From contig OX597815.1 of NCBI GenBank assembly GCA_951406725.2, forward strand, positions 55,118,001-55,182,000: 64,000 bases of DNA, in the 5' to 3' direction. The DNA is from Octopus vulgaris. Lineage: Eukaryota. Under the pieces are notes generated by a model. The model searched no databases, had not been told where the DNA came from, and saw nothing but the letters and a program-made list of their open reading frames with translations. The position numbers and the translations under genes were made by a program. The stretch's first letter is position 1, and the number at the start of each line of letters is the position of its first letter. Below are positions 1 through 13,188 of the stretch, piece after piece.

Positions 1-1767
1 CCGGCGCCTTGGTGTTCCGGCGAGAGAATGAGGTCCCTGAACTGGGCGCCAGCATGAGTAGACGGGAACTGTTCTCTGTGTGTGGGAAGCTGGTGGGACA
101 CTACCCGATTGCAGGCTGGCTCCGGACAGCATGTAGCTTCATCAAGAGACGAGCCGAAGGAGTGAAGTGGAATGATAAAGTGAGGGAGAGGACGATCGAC
201 ATGATGCAGGAAGTCTTGGTCAGAGTAGGAGCAGAGGACCCAGTGAGGGGCAGCTGGTATGTTCCCAAATCAAAGAGCGGGATCGTATGGTGTGATGCCA
301 GTAGCATCGCAATAGGGGTTGTCTTGGAAGCTGAGCGTGATCTTTGTGCCTTCCGAGAAGAACAGCGCAGACGTCCTGACCAGGGTAAAGCGAGCCTGGT
401 TGCAGGTGCCAGAGGATGCGAAGCAGGCTGTAGCTGCAGTATGCCGTCTGAGCGACTCGGAGTTACGGAGACTGCACACCATGCATCACATGGGTGTGGA
501 CAGGACATTGTTCCTAGCCAGAAAAGTTGACTCCGACGTAACAAGACAGAGCGTGCAGAGAGTGGTTAGCAGTTGTGACAGGTGCCAGTCCATCGACCCT
601 GCTCCGGTCGTGCATGAAGCGGGAAGTATTCCAGTGGACCAGGACTGGAAACGATTGGCGGTGGACATAACATACTACCGGCAGGGGACATACCTCTCAA
701 TGGTTGACTGCGGACCGGGGCAGTTGGCCATATGGAGGGAGATGAAGTCGGGGACCGCAGAAGAAATTGTGAAAGTGTTGAATGAGATATTCCTAGAACG
801 AGGCCCCGTGGATGAACTGCTTCTGGACAACGACACTGCATTTCGCTCGGATGTGCTGAGGGAAATGCTTGATGAGTGGAAGGTCAACCGCTTCTTCAGG
901 GCGGCATACCGGCCAAGTGGAAACGGGGTGGTGGAAAGGCATCATCGTACCATCAAGGCCATGGCAGAGAGGGGTCACATTTCACCAGTCGAGGCCGTGT
1001 TTTGGTACAATATGTCGCCCAGATCAGGACAGGCTGAGGAGTCGGTGCCACACAGGGCAATATTCAGGTACGAGTGGAGGCATCCGTGTACTACATCAAT
1101 GCGACCCGGGGCAGAGGAAGAGTACGCCTTCGTGCAGGTCGGGGAGGAAGTCTGGGTAAAAACCCCAAACGCACGGTGTACATCGCAATGGGGAAAGGGG
1201 ACAATAACCTCTGTAAATTCAAAGAATAACATCTCGGTCGATGGTATGCCACGCCACGTTTTGGACATAGGGAGGATTGTCCATGCCCCAGAGGATGGGA
1301 CCAGCAGCAGTGGGCAAGACGGAAACAACAGACAGGATGACGAGGCCGGCAGCAACACACCAGGAACAAGTCCTAGGGTTGCACTGCGACCACAGAGGGA
1401 GCGGCACCCCCTCCCTGGTTGGCTGATTATGAAACCAGTTTCAGGTGCGGGAGCGAGTGAGGAAGCCGGTTCAGTGATCTGTAGATCAGGGGGGCGTGTG
1501 GTGTTGGTGAAAGAGTGTGACGGATAGGGGAGAGCGGAAGTAGGGCTCGCAGGGCGGAAGCAGGGCTTGCAGGGCGCATGTGCCGCAGGAAACGAAAGTG
1601 ACACGCAGAACGCACGTGTGGAATCCACCAGTTGCGGCAGACACGACGAAGGCACCAGACGATCGAGTTGGCTAAGAGGTATCCGAATTCATCTCCGACG
1701 AGGTAAGACCCAATTACATTTCCATTCTCCCTTTTTCTATTGTACTCTTTTCACCGTTCACACTACA
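1..1767 (+). mobile_element. 3' part of a Ty3/Gypsy LTR retrotransposon (RNase H remnant, integrase, PPT, 3' LTR)
   Basis: ORF 9..530 has RNase H-like WCDASSIAIG. ORF 319..1527 has the HHCC zinc finger (HTMHH..CDRC) and DDE core (LAVDIT, LLLDND, NGVVER). G-rich PPT at ~1488-1496, then an LTR 1497-1767 bounded by TGTGGTG..CACTACA. RNase H appears internally deleted near 330. Confidence 0.9.
319..1527 (+). CDS. Gypsy integrase (part of a disrupted pol)
   Basis: HHCC plus rve DDE motifs in the ORF-track translation. Confidence 0.85.
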   Translation: MSWKLSVIFVPSEKNSADVLTRVKRAWLQVPEDAKQAVAAVCRLSDSELRRLHTMHHMGVDRTLFLARKVDSDVTRQSVQRVVSSCDRCQSIDPAPVVHEAGSIPVDQDWKRLAVDITYYRQGTYLSMVDCGPGQLAIWREMKSGTAEEIVKVLNEIFLERGPVDELLLDNDTAFRSDVLREMLDEWKVNRFFRAAYRPSGNGVVERHHRTIKAMAERGHISPVEAVFWYNMSPRSGQAEESVPHRAIFRYEWRHPCTTSMRPGAEEEYAFVQVGEEVWVKTPNARCTSQWGKGTITSVNSKNNISVDGMPRHVLDIGRIVHAPEDGTSSSGQDGNNRQDDEAGSNTPGTSPRVALRPQRERHPLPGWLIMKPVSGAGASEEAGSVICRSGGRVVLVKECDG

Positions 1768-1884
1768 AGATAGTTGAAAAGAACAGATTGCACGATACCG
1801 TAGGCCTCAAGCCGCAAGACTGCTACTCATGCAAAATGCAGGAGTTGCAACAAAACCTGAGATAAAAAGAAATGATGATGATGA

Positions 1885-2096
1885 TGATCCTTTCTATTGG
1901 AGGCACAGGGCCTAAAATTTGTAGAGAGAGGACTAGTCGATTACATCGACCCCCAATGTTTCACTCGTACTTAATTTATCGAACCCAAAATGATGAAAAG
2001 CAAAGTCAACCTCTGCGGAATCTGAGCTCAGAAAGCAGGCAGACGAAATGCTGTAAAACATTTTGCCCTGATTGCTAACGATTCTGCCAGCTCACC
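1885..2096 (-). mobile_element. tRNA-derived SINE, family A (octopus-type)
   Basis: Reverse complement of the GGTGAGCTGGCAGAATCGTTAGC..GTCGATAAATTAAGTAC repeat also seen at 21433, 46675, 50820, 52170 and 54060. Confidence 0.8.
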
Positions 2097-2433
2097 GATG
2101 ATGACGACGACGACGATGACGACTATGATAATGATGATGATTGTTTCAAATTTTGGTATAAATCCATCGATTTTAGCGAGAGACAGTAGTCAATTAATTG
2201 TATTAACGCAGTAAATAACTATAATGCCTAAAATTTCTTTTTATTCATTTTTTATAGTGTGATTTAAAAAGGTCAGTCATTCGTCTTTTAGTTTCCTTTC
2301 TCGTTTTACTACACGCAGGCGCGCATGCATACACACACACACAAATACACATACATACACATACACATCTTCACATACACATCCACACGCATACATACCT
2401 ACATATACACATATGTGTGTATATAAGTTTCTC

Positions 2434-2469
<36 letters not shown>

Positions 2470-3112
2470 TGTCTACGATAATTTGACAATAACTTATCCT
2501 TGAAAAAAGTAAATTCAGATGGCAAATAAATAGAAGAGGAGGAGCAGGAGGAGCAGGAAACAGGATTTCTTATGTCTTCTGCTGAGACTAAGAAGATCTA
2601 TTTTAGCAGAGAAGTATTTGTCACACACCAAGGCACTTATACCTGGGTTGTCTTAGTGAGATTTGTAAGCTTTCCTTTTGGTCTCTGTTATCCAGATCCA
2701 TAAAGATTCAAATGCCATTGAGCCTCTGGCGCTAGCTTCATTCGATGTTGACCTATCTGTCACATGCAAGATCTTCCCATGAGTTTGGGTTTATCATACA
2801 ATCTTTCAAGTTGGCTTTTAGTACACATCATGATCTTTTATTTCAGGCCATTTCTGAGTGCTACTGATTACATGTAAACCAGTACATGTGTAAGAACGAC
2901 CGTGTGATAGGAGAGGTGACGAATGAATGGCTCCTTTAATATATCGCACTGTCGCTTACAATAAAAGCAAAAAATGATAAATGAATGTGTGCCAGAAGGA
3001 AAAGGAAGACAAGACAACCGAAAGAAGGTTAAAGAGAAGATTTTATTTGTGCGTGTGTGTGTGTGCGCGTCATAAGTACATAAACAATAGACAGGCCGTC
3101 ATGCATACATAA

Positions 3113-3824
3113 TGTGTATATGTGCTCAAACAAGGGTGTATGCGTGTGAGATAAAATACAGAGCATAAAAAGAGTCTATAACATTCTCGTACAATGAAGA
3201 TTAATACCAGTTCGTATTGAGGTACACAAATAGTTGAAAAGTTGTAACAAGAAGACAGAGGCGACGGAGATGGAGGTCCTGAATGCTGCTGGAAGAAGTT
3301 GAGTCTCCATGTGAGCTGCTGTTGGTGTTGTCGCTGGAACTGGCTGTGTGCTCTGTGGTCACTGATTAGACCTTAGAAGGCCTAGAACCAAAGACGAAAC
3401 ACGGTTGTTGTAACTAGCCTTTTATAGGGACTAGGAGGCTCCAACGGAGATTTAGAAGACTGCGTCACGGGACCGTATCAGAAGGCTGAGATTGGTTGGG
3501 TTGCACATTGGCGCGTAATACAGCAAGAGTCAAATTGCGCCAATACCAACCAGTCAGAGTAGTGGACATAGCAGGGTCCAAACGGCCGAAGACTAGCTGT
3601 TATCTGCTACGTCCGTATTTATGTTAGAGAGAATTTCACTAAGCGTACGCTACACATGTAACCATTGCGCGGTCAGGTCATCGGCGACTAAACTGGCAAC
3701 CCTACTAAGCTATCTTTGTGCAGAGAGTGATTTTGTAAACTCTGCAGGACAATAAGTAAGGCCTATCAATGGACGAGGAACTTAGGGGAGTTCATGGCCT
3801 CCCAATAGAGTGTACATATTCACA
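3113..3824 (-). mobile_element. Solo LTR-like element
   Basis: TGTGTATATGT..ACATATTCACA inverted ends, minus-strand TATAAAA and CCAAT motifs. Shares the TAGRCCTTCTAAGGTCTA..GTGACCACAGAG block with 11182-12183 and 47233-48184. Confidence 0.65.
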
Positions 3825-4011
3825 GTAAATACATGCGTATGCTTAGTAGCATGTTTGCATTTCAATCAAACTAGGCGTAGAATAAATAACAAACCTTTCT
3901 CTCCACAGCTTTGAAGTTGACGGTGCCATGCCAACGGGAGCAACTGGAAAGGAAAATTACTGTAGGCCGACTACATTCCAATTGCTCCGTATTTCTTTTA
4001 ATCTATCTTTC

Positions 4012-5040
4012 TAAAGTTTCTTCACCCGAGAACAAAAATAAAAAATAATAATAAACCAGTTTTGGTGGGTGTTAACAAGTATGTAGAAAACGAATATGAA
4101 AAAAAAGCGCTAACGACCCAGAGAGGGGAGGGACTTTCGGAAAATTCACAAGATCCGATTTTTCCGTCATAACTTTCGGTAAAATGGATATATATTGATT
4201 TTTTTTTTACTGAATCCTAGGTTTATGGTTATGGAGGATCCGATTCTAAAAATAATTTTCAAAAATCGCACTTTCAAAATTTCAATTACACATCCACCTT
4301 TTATTTTTCACTTTTTCCGGGTTTTTTTTTTGCGAAATACGTAGAAAAATACGAAGATTACGATTCCGAAAAAATTAAATTTAAATTTTTGTTTTTTTTT
4401 TCCATATTCTTAATCTCCGTATTTTCCCACGTAGACTAATGGAAAAAAAAATTTCGAAAAAAGTTTTTAAAAAGTTAAAAAACAAAAAAAAAATTTTATT
4501 TCACATGAATTACTTTGTCATATGACTACGGTAAATTAATCTAAAAGAAATCTTTGCAGAAAGGTGAGTAGATTGATTACATTGTAATCGCAGTTTTGTA
4601 AGGTTTGGCTTTTATTTCTAGCATGTAGATAGCCTACTTGAAGGCCTGAGGGTATATATTCTTTTCTTTTATCATTTCTGTTGAAAGCTTGAAATTTAAC
4701 ACACAAAATTTTCTACGTATTTCGCAAAAAAAAAATCCTGTAAAAGTGAAAAATGAAGTGGTGGGGGAGTAACTGAAATTTTGAAAATGCGATTTTTGAA
4801 AATTTTTTTGACAATCGGATCCTCCATAACCAAAAACGTGGGATTCCGTCAAAAAAAGAGTATGTAGAAAGCGAATATGAAAAAAGAAAATGCGCGCTGA
4901 CGACCCGCGGGAGGGAGGGGACTTTCGGAAAATTCACAAAATCTGATTTTTCTGTCATAACTTCCGGTAAAATGATCGTCAGCGCGCATTTTTTTTTCAT
5001 ATTCGTTTTCTACATACTTGTCAACACCCACCAGGCTGGC

Positions 5041-5075
<35 letters not shown>

Positions 5076-5097
5076 TGTTCCCGGGTGAAGATCTTTA
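4012..5097. mobile_element. MITE/foldback-like non-autonomous element with ~90-bp terminal inverted repeats
   Basis: TTCACCCGAGAACA..TGGTGGGTGTTAACAAGTATGTAGAAAACGAATATG at 4021-4110 is inverted at 4981-5090. Additional internal inverted and direct copies (4220-4350 vs 4712-4830; 4080-4185 vs 4860-4975). Confidence 0.75.
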
Positions 5098-5494
5098 TAT
5101 TGACCCATTTTTATTGTTTTCTCCCTTTTTCTAGTTGTTTCTTTTCATCATGCTCCCCTCTTTGTTATCAATATTTTATCTGTCAGGTTAATATCAGTGC
5201 CTACGTGAGATTTAATTCCTTTAGCTTTAACTGACTTGGGTGTTGGTGTAACGAGATCGTACTTTTTTTTTAATTATGAGCTTTCTTTCTTCTTCCTTTC
5301 CCGTATCTAATTATCTTGTCCCGTCAATATTTAACTGTTTGTCAACCTTTCTATCTTCTTACTGTTGTATGTGACCTGTCTATCTATCCACCTTTTATAT
5401 CAATATAATTATCTGCCTACTAAGGACATCGTTCGAGTGACAATTTTTCAATGCTACGACTGCTCTAATATCGATGAACATATATAGAACGAGT

Positions 5495-6210
5495 GTAGGA
5501 CAAAAGCCCCCCAGACAAAAACCCCTCGGACAAAAGACCCACGGTTATAGTTTTCGGTTATTTTTTCGTTTTTTTTTTAACCTTTTACTTGTTTCGGTCA
5601 TTAGATTGTGGCCATGCTGGAGTACCGCGTTGAAGAATTTTTAGTTGAATGTATCAACACCAGAATTTCTTTTTTTTTTTAGTTTTTTACTTGTTGCAGT
5701 TATTAGACTGAGGCGGGTCTTGCTGGGGCACCACCTTGAAGAATTTTTAGATAGCTGTGTGGAACCCAGACTTTTTTTAAAGCCTGATCAAAACTACTTC
5801 TGTGATATATTTCGTTGTTTTTTTTGTTTTTTTTTCTTTTTACATGTTGCAGCCATGCTGCAGCACCACCTTGAGGAATTTTTAGTCGAATGTATGGACA
5901 CCAGAATTTTTCTTCAATGATTTTCAACCAGCGCATGAAGTTAAGCCTAGAAGATCTCTCCAGAAGATCTCTCTAGAAATAACAGCCAAATCCCTTGAAA
6001 TTTTTTTATAACCGCCTCGGTTATATCTTTTTGGTTTTTTTCTTTTTTTTATTTTCTAAAAACCTTTTTACCTTTTTTCACTCATTGGACTGCAGCCATG
6101 CTGGGGCACAGCCTTGGAGAATTTTTAGCCGAATATATCGATCCCAGAATCCTTTTATGCTAGGGCACCGCCTCGTATCACTCAGTCGAATTTATCGAAC
6201 CCAGAATTAA
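5495..6210. repeat. GGACAAAA-CCCC short repeats followed by ~5 tandem degenerate minus-strand copies of a SINE 3' segment
   Basis: GGACAAAAGCCCC-like x3 at 5498-5540. Repeated GCCATGCTGGRGCACCRCCTTGAAGAATTTTTAG units at ~5610, 5720, 5850, 6095 and 6157. Confidence 0.6.
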
Positions 6211-6503
6211 AAAAAAAAATTGTTCGGATTCTACGTAGATACAGATATTATGAATCTGAAAATATTTTTTCTAAAATTTCAAGCATCCCTTCCCACCACG
6301 CCCTTTCTGATGTTTTTAAGCTTGTTCGCTTAAAACTCACTTGCAAACTTTCGGTTTTGAATATTCGCAACAAAACATCTATTGCTATTTTTCGAAAAAA
6401 AAGTAATAATAATAATAATAATAATTCATTCCAGCTATAGAATCCACATTTAATTATTTATTAAACAAATTTAAAGAATTTTTTTCTCTCTGCACTGAGA
6501 TTA

Positions 6504-8395
6504 ATGAGAATGAACACGAAGCTCCAATTATATCATTCCAATGGAGTATTGCGCTCAAACAATATTAGTATGAACTGTGGCATTTTCCAAGGTGACTCAC
6601 TTTCACCACTAATCTTCTGCATAGCACTAATACCACTCTCAAGTGAACTGAATAGAACAGGGTGTGGCTACAGCCATCTATTTTATATCGATGATTTAAA
6701 ACTATATGGCAAAGATGATGAAGAGCTTGAAGGACTACTACATACTGTGAAAGGATTCAGTGATGATATCGTTTGGCCTTGAAAAGTATGCCAAAGCCAC
6801 TTTTAAGAAAGGGAAATTGGTAAAGTCAAGATCAATCGAATTAGATGTCGAAACTGTAATAAAGGAACTTGAGCAGGAACAAACCTATAAATACATAGGA
6901 ATAAATGAAGGCTCTGGTATCCAGCATGCAAGCATGAAAGAGAAAGTTAGGAAGGGATGTTATAGAAGAGTTCGAGCAGTCCTGAAGTCTGAGCTGAATG
7001 CATATAGTAAGGTGTTAGCCATAAATTCCTTAGCAGTCCCAGTTGTTCTTTATAGCTTCAATGTGCTTAACTGGAATACCATTGAAATAATGAAAATTGA
7101 TAGAAAATCCGCAAGCTACTGACTTGTAATAAGATGCACCATCCAAAGGCAGACGTGGACCGTCTTTACCTTCCCAGAGCTCTGGGAGGTCGAGGTTTGG
7201 TCCAGCTTGAACGTACGTACAAAACCACCGCAATCGGACTGGCCAAATACCTTGAAACAACCAACGATTGGATGCTGAAACTTATTGAAAAACATGAAAG
7301 ACCGAAAAAACTTCACTCTATTCTGAAAGAGAGCAAAAAATTCACTACTGATCTCTTAGATACCTACCAGATTGATCAGGTTGAAGGAAATGCGCCAACT
7401 GCTGCTTCAAAGAAAATAAAATTAATTGCAAAGACAAAAGCACATGAAAAATTAGCTAGCAGATGGGAACAGAAACCTCTCCATGGCAAGTATGTGGCCC
7501 GTAGCAAACAAGTTGATGTCGATCAGAAACACACGCATTAATAGTTACGAAGATCAAGGCTAAAAGCAAAGAGTGAAGGTTTCATATTAGCTGCTCAAGA
7601 CCAAAGTTTATTAACCCGGAACTACCAAGCCAATGTGATAAAAAATGGAGCTGACCCAAAATGCCGATTCTGTAACGATGAGATTGAAACTATAGACCAC
7701 CTGATCTCAGGGTGTAGAGTCTTAGCAAGACATGACAGAATCGGCCAGTATTTACACTGGACAATATGTCGGCATTATAAAATCAAAACCACTGACAAAT
7801 GGTATAAACACCATCCTGAAGCTGTGACTGAGGGAGAAAATGTATCGATTCTATGAGACTTCCCCGTACAAAACTATAAAAGCTAATAAACCGGATATTA
7901 TTATAAAAGATCAGACAAAAAAGGTGTGTTTATCAAGTGACATGAGTATTCCTTGCGATCACAATATAGTGGCGAAAGAATTTGACAAAATCAGTAAATA
8001 TAAAGACTTGAAATATAAAGAAAGAAATTGAAAAAATGTGGCATCTCAAGGCGACTACAGTACCAGTGATTGTAGGATCTCTAGGAATGATAAAAAAAAA
8101 ACAAAAAGGTACTAAAACCTATTTGAAAATGATACCAAGCTTACCATCCCTACAGGAAGTGCAAAAAATCGTGTTAACTAGAACGACTCATGTACTGAGA
8201 AGTGCATTATTGCTGTGAAAACAACATCCATTCATGAATTTATATATTTTTTAAATACATAGTTTACCTGTGAATTTGCGTGTGTAATCTGGGAATACAT
8301 ACAATGAGCTTCTCTGTTTAGGTGTACGGAAAACACTCAGCGAGAAATGGGAGAAAATTTGAAGAAAGAATAATAATAATAATAATAATAATAAT
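6504..8395 (+). mobile_element. 5'-truncated, frameshifted R4/Dong-type LINE (RT plus restriction-like endonuclease)
   Basis: GIFQGDSLSP, HLFYIDDLKLY, GGRGL, CCHC (CRFC..ETIDHLISGC), RHD, KPDIII and KxxKY motifs spread over several frames. (TAA)n tail at 8370-8395 and (TAA)n at 6404-6425. Confidence 0.88.
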
Positions 8396-8439
8396 ATAAT
8401 AACAACAACAACAACAATAAGAATAATAAATAATATATA

Positions 8440-9720
8440 TGCATATATGGGTACAGGATGTCACCAACTGCGTAAACAACAAGAGAAAAAATGGAAAACA
8501 GGAAAGTAAATCCAGAGAAACGACCCTTCATCAGTTGTCAACTGTCTATCTACTTCTCATTTCGAGCTTTCAACGGCAATATTAGTTTCTAAAGACAGTT
8601 GCTCCCCTAAATTCTAAAATAAAATTTAGGTTTTATGGAGGGTCAAAGTTGGGAACAAAAACAGTACAGTGGAAACATGCAAGGAAACCGAACGAAAACA
8701 AACATGGAGGGTCGTTAGACCAGAACGAGAGGAAAATAGTGAACGCTGGGAGAAATATTTTCTTCGAAAGAGAAAAGATAGAAAAAACGTCCAATCCTTT
8801 AAACGACCCCGTATGTGTGAGCAACGGGAGAGAGAAAAGAGAAAGAGGGGAACAGAGAGAGACAGATAGAAAACAGTGAAAGAGGGAGGGGAGAAAAAGG
8901 GAAATAGAGAAGGATGGTGGAAGAAACCAATATAGAGTCGCATCAAAAAGGTGAAGATTAACTTACTTGGAAATGGATGCGTGACGGTCACTTATATATA
9001 TATATATGAATTTATATATGGGTATAGGCCGTCACCAACTGTGTAAAGAACATGAAATACGTAGACAAACGAGTTAAATATGTAAACATCCATTTCCAAG
9101 TAAGTTTTATTTTAATTATTACAATGCGTAGTCTTATTCTAAATCTATTCTTTCTATCTCCCTCTCTTGTTCTTCTTCCTTTCTGGTTTTCTCTCCCACC
9201 CTTTTCCCTTCACCGTTTCCTCTCTCTCTCTCACACACTTTTCTTCTTGACTCTCTCGTTGCTCACACGTGACCAACGGTTATCCATCTTTCTTCCACTT
9301 CCTTCCTAAAGACAAAACTGTGTAAGCAACATGAAATACGTAGACAAACGAGTTACATATGTAAACAACTAGAAAAAATGGAAAACAGGACAAGTAAATC
9401 CAGAGAAACGACCCTTCATCAGTTGTCACCTGTCTATCTGCTCCTCCTTTCGAGCATTCAACGACAATATTAGTCTTCAAAGACAGTTGCTCCCATAAAT
9501 TCTAAAATTAAATTTAGGATTTATGGAGGGTCAAAGTTGAAAACAAAAATAGGACAGTGGAGACATGCAAGGAAACCGAACGAAAACAATCATGGAGGGC
9601 CGTTAGACCAAAACGAGAGGAAAATAATGAACGCTGGGAGAAATATTATCTTTGAAAAGAGAAAAGATAGAAGAGAGATAAAAAAACGAACAGTCCTTTA
9701 AACGTCCGTGCATGAAAAAA
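8440..9720. repeat. Tandemly duplicated non-coding repeat (~330 bp core), possibly Penelope-type pseudo-LTR
   Basis: 8473-8805 is nearly repeated at 9361-9705 (GAAAAAATGGAAAACAGG..GACCCTTCATCAGTTGTCA..GGAGGGTCAAAGTTG). Confidence 0.6.
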
Positions 9721-9886
9721 AAGATGGATGATGGTCACGAGAGAGAAAAAAGAGAAAGAGGGGGAGAGAGAAAGGCAGATAGAAACCGGTAAAAGAGGGA
9801 GGGAGGGAGAGAAAAAGGGAATTAGATCTTTCCCCGCCGCCTTCGCCAGCGCTGTCACTCATTCCCTCACCGCCTCCCTCTCTCTT

Positions 9887-9936
<50 letters not shown>

Positions 9937-10096
9937 CGTCTGTCTGCATTCATAGAGAGTTTTATTATCGCCACCACCACCACCACACAATCATGAGAAC
10001 AAATATTATGAATCAGATATTTATTGGGTTAATTTATGTGTGTGTGTGTGTGTGTGTGTATTTATATATAATTTGTATACATTTGTATATATAATG

Positions 10097-10148
<52 letters not shown>

Positions 10149-10204
10149 ATGCGTATATATGTATATATATATATTTAATGCGTGTATATATATATATATT
10201 TATA

Positions 10205-11116
10205 TATATATATATATATAATGTGTGCATTATGTGGTCGGTTGAGCTGAAAATATGCACACCTATGTTAAAAGTGCTGGCGAGTTTGCATGGCAACTAT
10301 TTTTTCCCTCAAATGAAAGGCGTGACCTCTAGGACAAAATTCCTCATCTTATAAAATGTGGCCCGAGTAGACTTGAATGAAATCGGGTTATATTAACCAA
10401 AATGTGAAACGACGTCTAAATGGGGCTGGAAGGGGATTAAAATTTACAGGAGCGGATGTTTAGGAATTTTCTGTTACATCAAACTAAAAAATTTGCGCCA
10501 GCCTTTAAATCTTCAATGTGTTGCCGTCCATGATGAAGAAGTTTTGAATGCTTGCATTGGTGAGTCTACTGTCGTGAGAAAGAATCATTTCAAAACTTGG
10601 TGTTTAGGAATTTTCTTTTACATCAAGTTCAAAATTTTACGCCAGCCGTTAAACTGCCACTATGTTGCTGTTGGTCATTAAGAAATGCCAGCCATGGTGA
10701 CTCTACTATCTTCAGATTCTATCCCTTCAAACTTTGGTTTCCAATATTTTTTTGTTTTATTCAGCTCGCAAGTTCGTCTGTCCCTTTTAAATGTTAGTGT
10801 TTTGCTGTCTGCCCTGAAGCAGACCTTTCCGTTGTTGCTGCCTGATATTTATGATTGATCTTTCTAAATATTTTCTTTCTCAACTTACTCAAGATTTTTG
10901 TTGTTTATAAATGGGAGAGAGATAGATAGAGAAAGATAGAGAGTAAGAGAAAGTGAAGGAGAGTCAGAGAGAAAGGAAGAGTAAGAGAGTGGGAAAGTGA
11001 GAGAGAAAGGAGAGAGAAACAAAGCGGGAGAATGTGGTGATAAAAAACAGAAAGGAAGCAACAGAAAGTAACAACCACACTCTTACCCGCACGTAGAGCG
11101 GGTCACCTTAAGCTAG
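10205..11116 (+). mobile_element. Non-autonomous Helitron
   Basis: 3' hairpin ACCCGC-ACGTAGA-GCGGGT (11085-11103), then CTAG at 11113-11116 followed by T. The 5' end lies in a TA tract and is approximate. Internal ~130-bp degenerate tandem repeats. Confidence 0.7.
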
Positions 11117-11181
11117 TTATCTATATATCACTTTATCGTTTATGTTATACTAATATGAATAAAACCCCTTTTGAATAGATT

Positions 11182-12183
11182 TGTAGCATATCTGATATCC
11201 TTACTGTTTGAGAGATACATTAGGAATGATCTCGTTTGAGATTATAACCATCTTTGGCTAGTTTGACCCTGTTGTGTCCACTGTTCTGATTGGTTGGCAT
11301 TCGGCGCAGTTTGTCTTTCGACTTATTTCGCGCCAGTGTGTAAGCCAACCAATCACGGCCTTTGGATAAGGTCTCGTGACACTGTTTTTCTGATCCCTCA
11401 TTTGAGCCATCTAAACCCTATAAATAAGCTAGCATTTCACTACTCCTGGTCTTTTGGCTTTAGACCTTCTAAGGTCTAGTCACTGACCACAGAGCTACTC
11501 AGCCGTGTTCCAGTTCTAGCGACCGACGACCAGCCAGGCAACTATGCTACTGCTATAGCCATGAAGACGCTATTGTACACCAGCACCGTAGGACATCTCT
11601 TCCACTGTCGCCATTACCACCGCCAACTTCAAATATGTACACATCAACATCGACCAGGTTTAAACTCACGTTGTTTGTGAATATTCACCGAGGAAAAACA
11701 GTTACAGTCTACCTGAAGAACTTTCTGTATCAAGAGACTCGGCACGGCATTGAGGCCCCAACCGCTGCACATATGCTCAACCGGCCTCTGCCTTGTGACC
11801 TCCAACATCTTGTTATAGAACTTGCTATCGTATACCTCACTTACGAACTGGTAAACAAATTCCATCTTAACTCAATACGCTGAGACATTCATCTTAAGCT
11901 CTGTTTTCTGTTATATATGCATTCACCTTTCTGTCGCACACACGAACACACAGACACAAACACTCGTCGCACGCACACAGACACTACACCTTGCTAGCAC
12001 TCACACACACTCTCTTTGTACACTTTGTAAATAAAGTCTTCTTCTCTCTCAAACAGTAGAACAGTTGTCGTCATCATTCATTCCTTTTGGCACTGTATTT
12101 TATATTATGTATTGTGGCGACCGTGCGGCGTTTTAAAGGAGACATTTGTCACCAACTCCTTACGTACGGTTGTATTCCTTACA
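11182..12183 (+). mobile_element. Solo LTR
   Basis: TGTAG..TTACA ends flanked by a 4-bp TSD GATT. CCAAT ~11349, TATAAAT ~11419, AATAAA ~12030. Confidence 0.75.
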
Positions 12184-12349
12184 GATTTTAGAATTTTTGC
12201 ACAAAGCGCACCAAAATGTTTTGACTACTTATGAGGTACGCCGTGATTAAAAAGAAAAGTTTGGGAACCACTGGTTTAATCTATCGACCCAGTTTTTAGT
12301 CATGTTCAAATTTTACCGAAGATAACATTAAGAAAAGGAGTCTAATCAT

Positions 12350-12585
12350 ATTTAGATACCTGTACATTAACATGCATACATACATAAAGCTTGGTCATTG
12401 ATAATTCTGTGCTAGCATGGACTCTGTATATACAGAGATATGATCACAATCTTCAGTTGAATCTCTAGATTTAGATACCTGTACATTTACACGCATGCAT
12501 AAAGGTTTGTTCATTGATAATTCTGTGTTAACGTGGACTCTGTATATACAGAGATATGATCTCAATCTTCACTTGAATCTATTTG
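12350..12585. repeat. ~118-bp tandem duplication
   Basis: ATTTAGATACCTGTACATT..CAATCTTCA-TTGAATCT occurs twice. Confidence 0.8.
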
Positions 12586-12800
12586 CAAGTAATAACCTTG
12601 AGAAATAAACGTACGTCACGTTTCCTACCACATAAACTCTTCTAAAATATATGATTTTGTAATTTATCGAAAATGATTTAAATGAGATACAATGAACATA
12701 AGCCTAATGACTGATTATAGAATAGATGATCATGGTTCATGTGCCATACTGAAAACTTTTGATACTGGATATTGTCTGTCCTAACGAAGCTAAGTTATTG

Positions 12801-12865
<65 letters not shown>

Positions 12866-13108
12866 TGAAGACATGAAATGGTTTTGGAACTTCTCAAATT
12901 AGTTGAGAAGTTCAGTAGTTGATGAGCAAAACATGAAAATATTTTCCAAATAGTTCTAGTTTGTAGAAAATCGTCTGACAGAATAAGAATATAAAAATAG
13001 AAAGGACAAATAATATTTGACTGCAACATTTCATAACAAAAAGTCACACACACACACAAATACACACAAATGCACACACAAACGCACGCACGCACGCACA
13101 CACGCACG

Positions 13109-13188
<80 letters not shown>

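Noticed and set aside
975-1655. 226-aa minus-strand ORF and similar antisense ORFs over TE coding regions
   Set aside because: Shadow frames of GC-rich retroelement genes with no motifs
8520-8540. CTGATGA cores (minus strand here and at ~9415; plus strand at ~28120) as hammerheads
   Set aside because: No stem II-GAAA-stem III could be completed nearby
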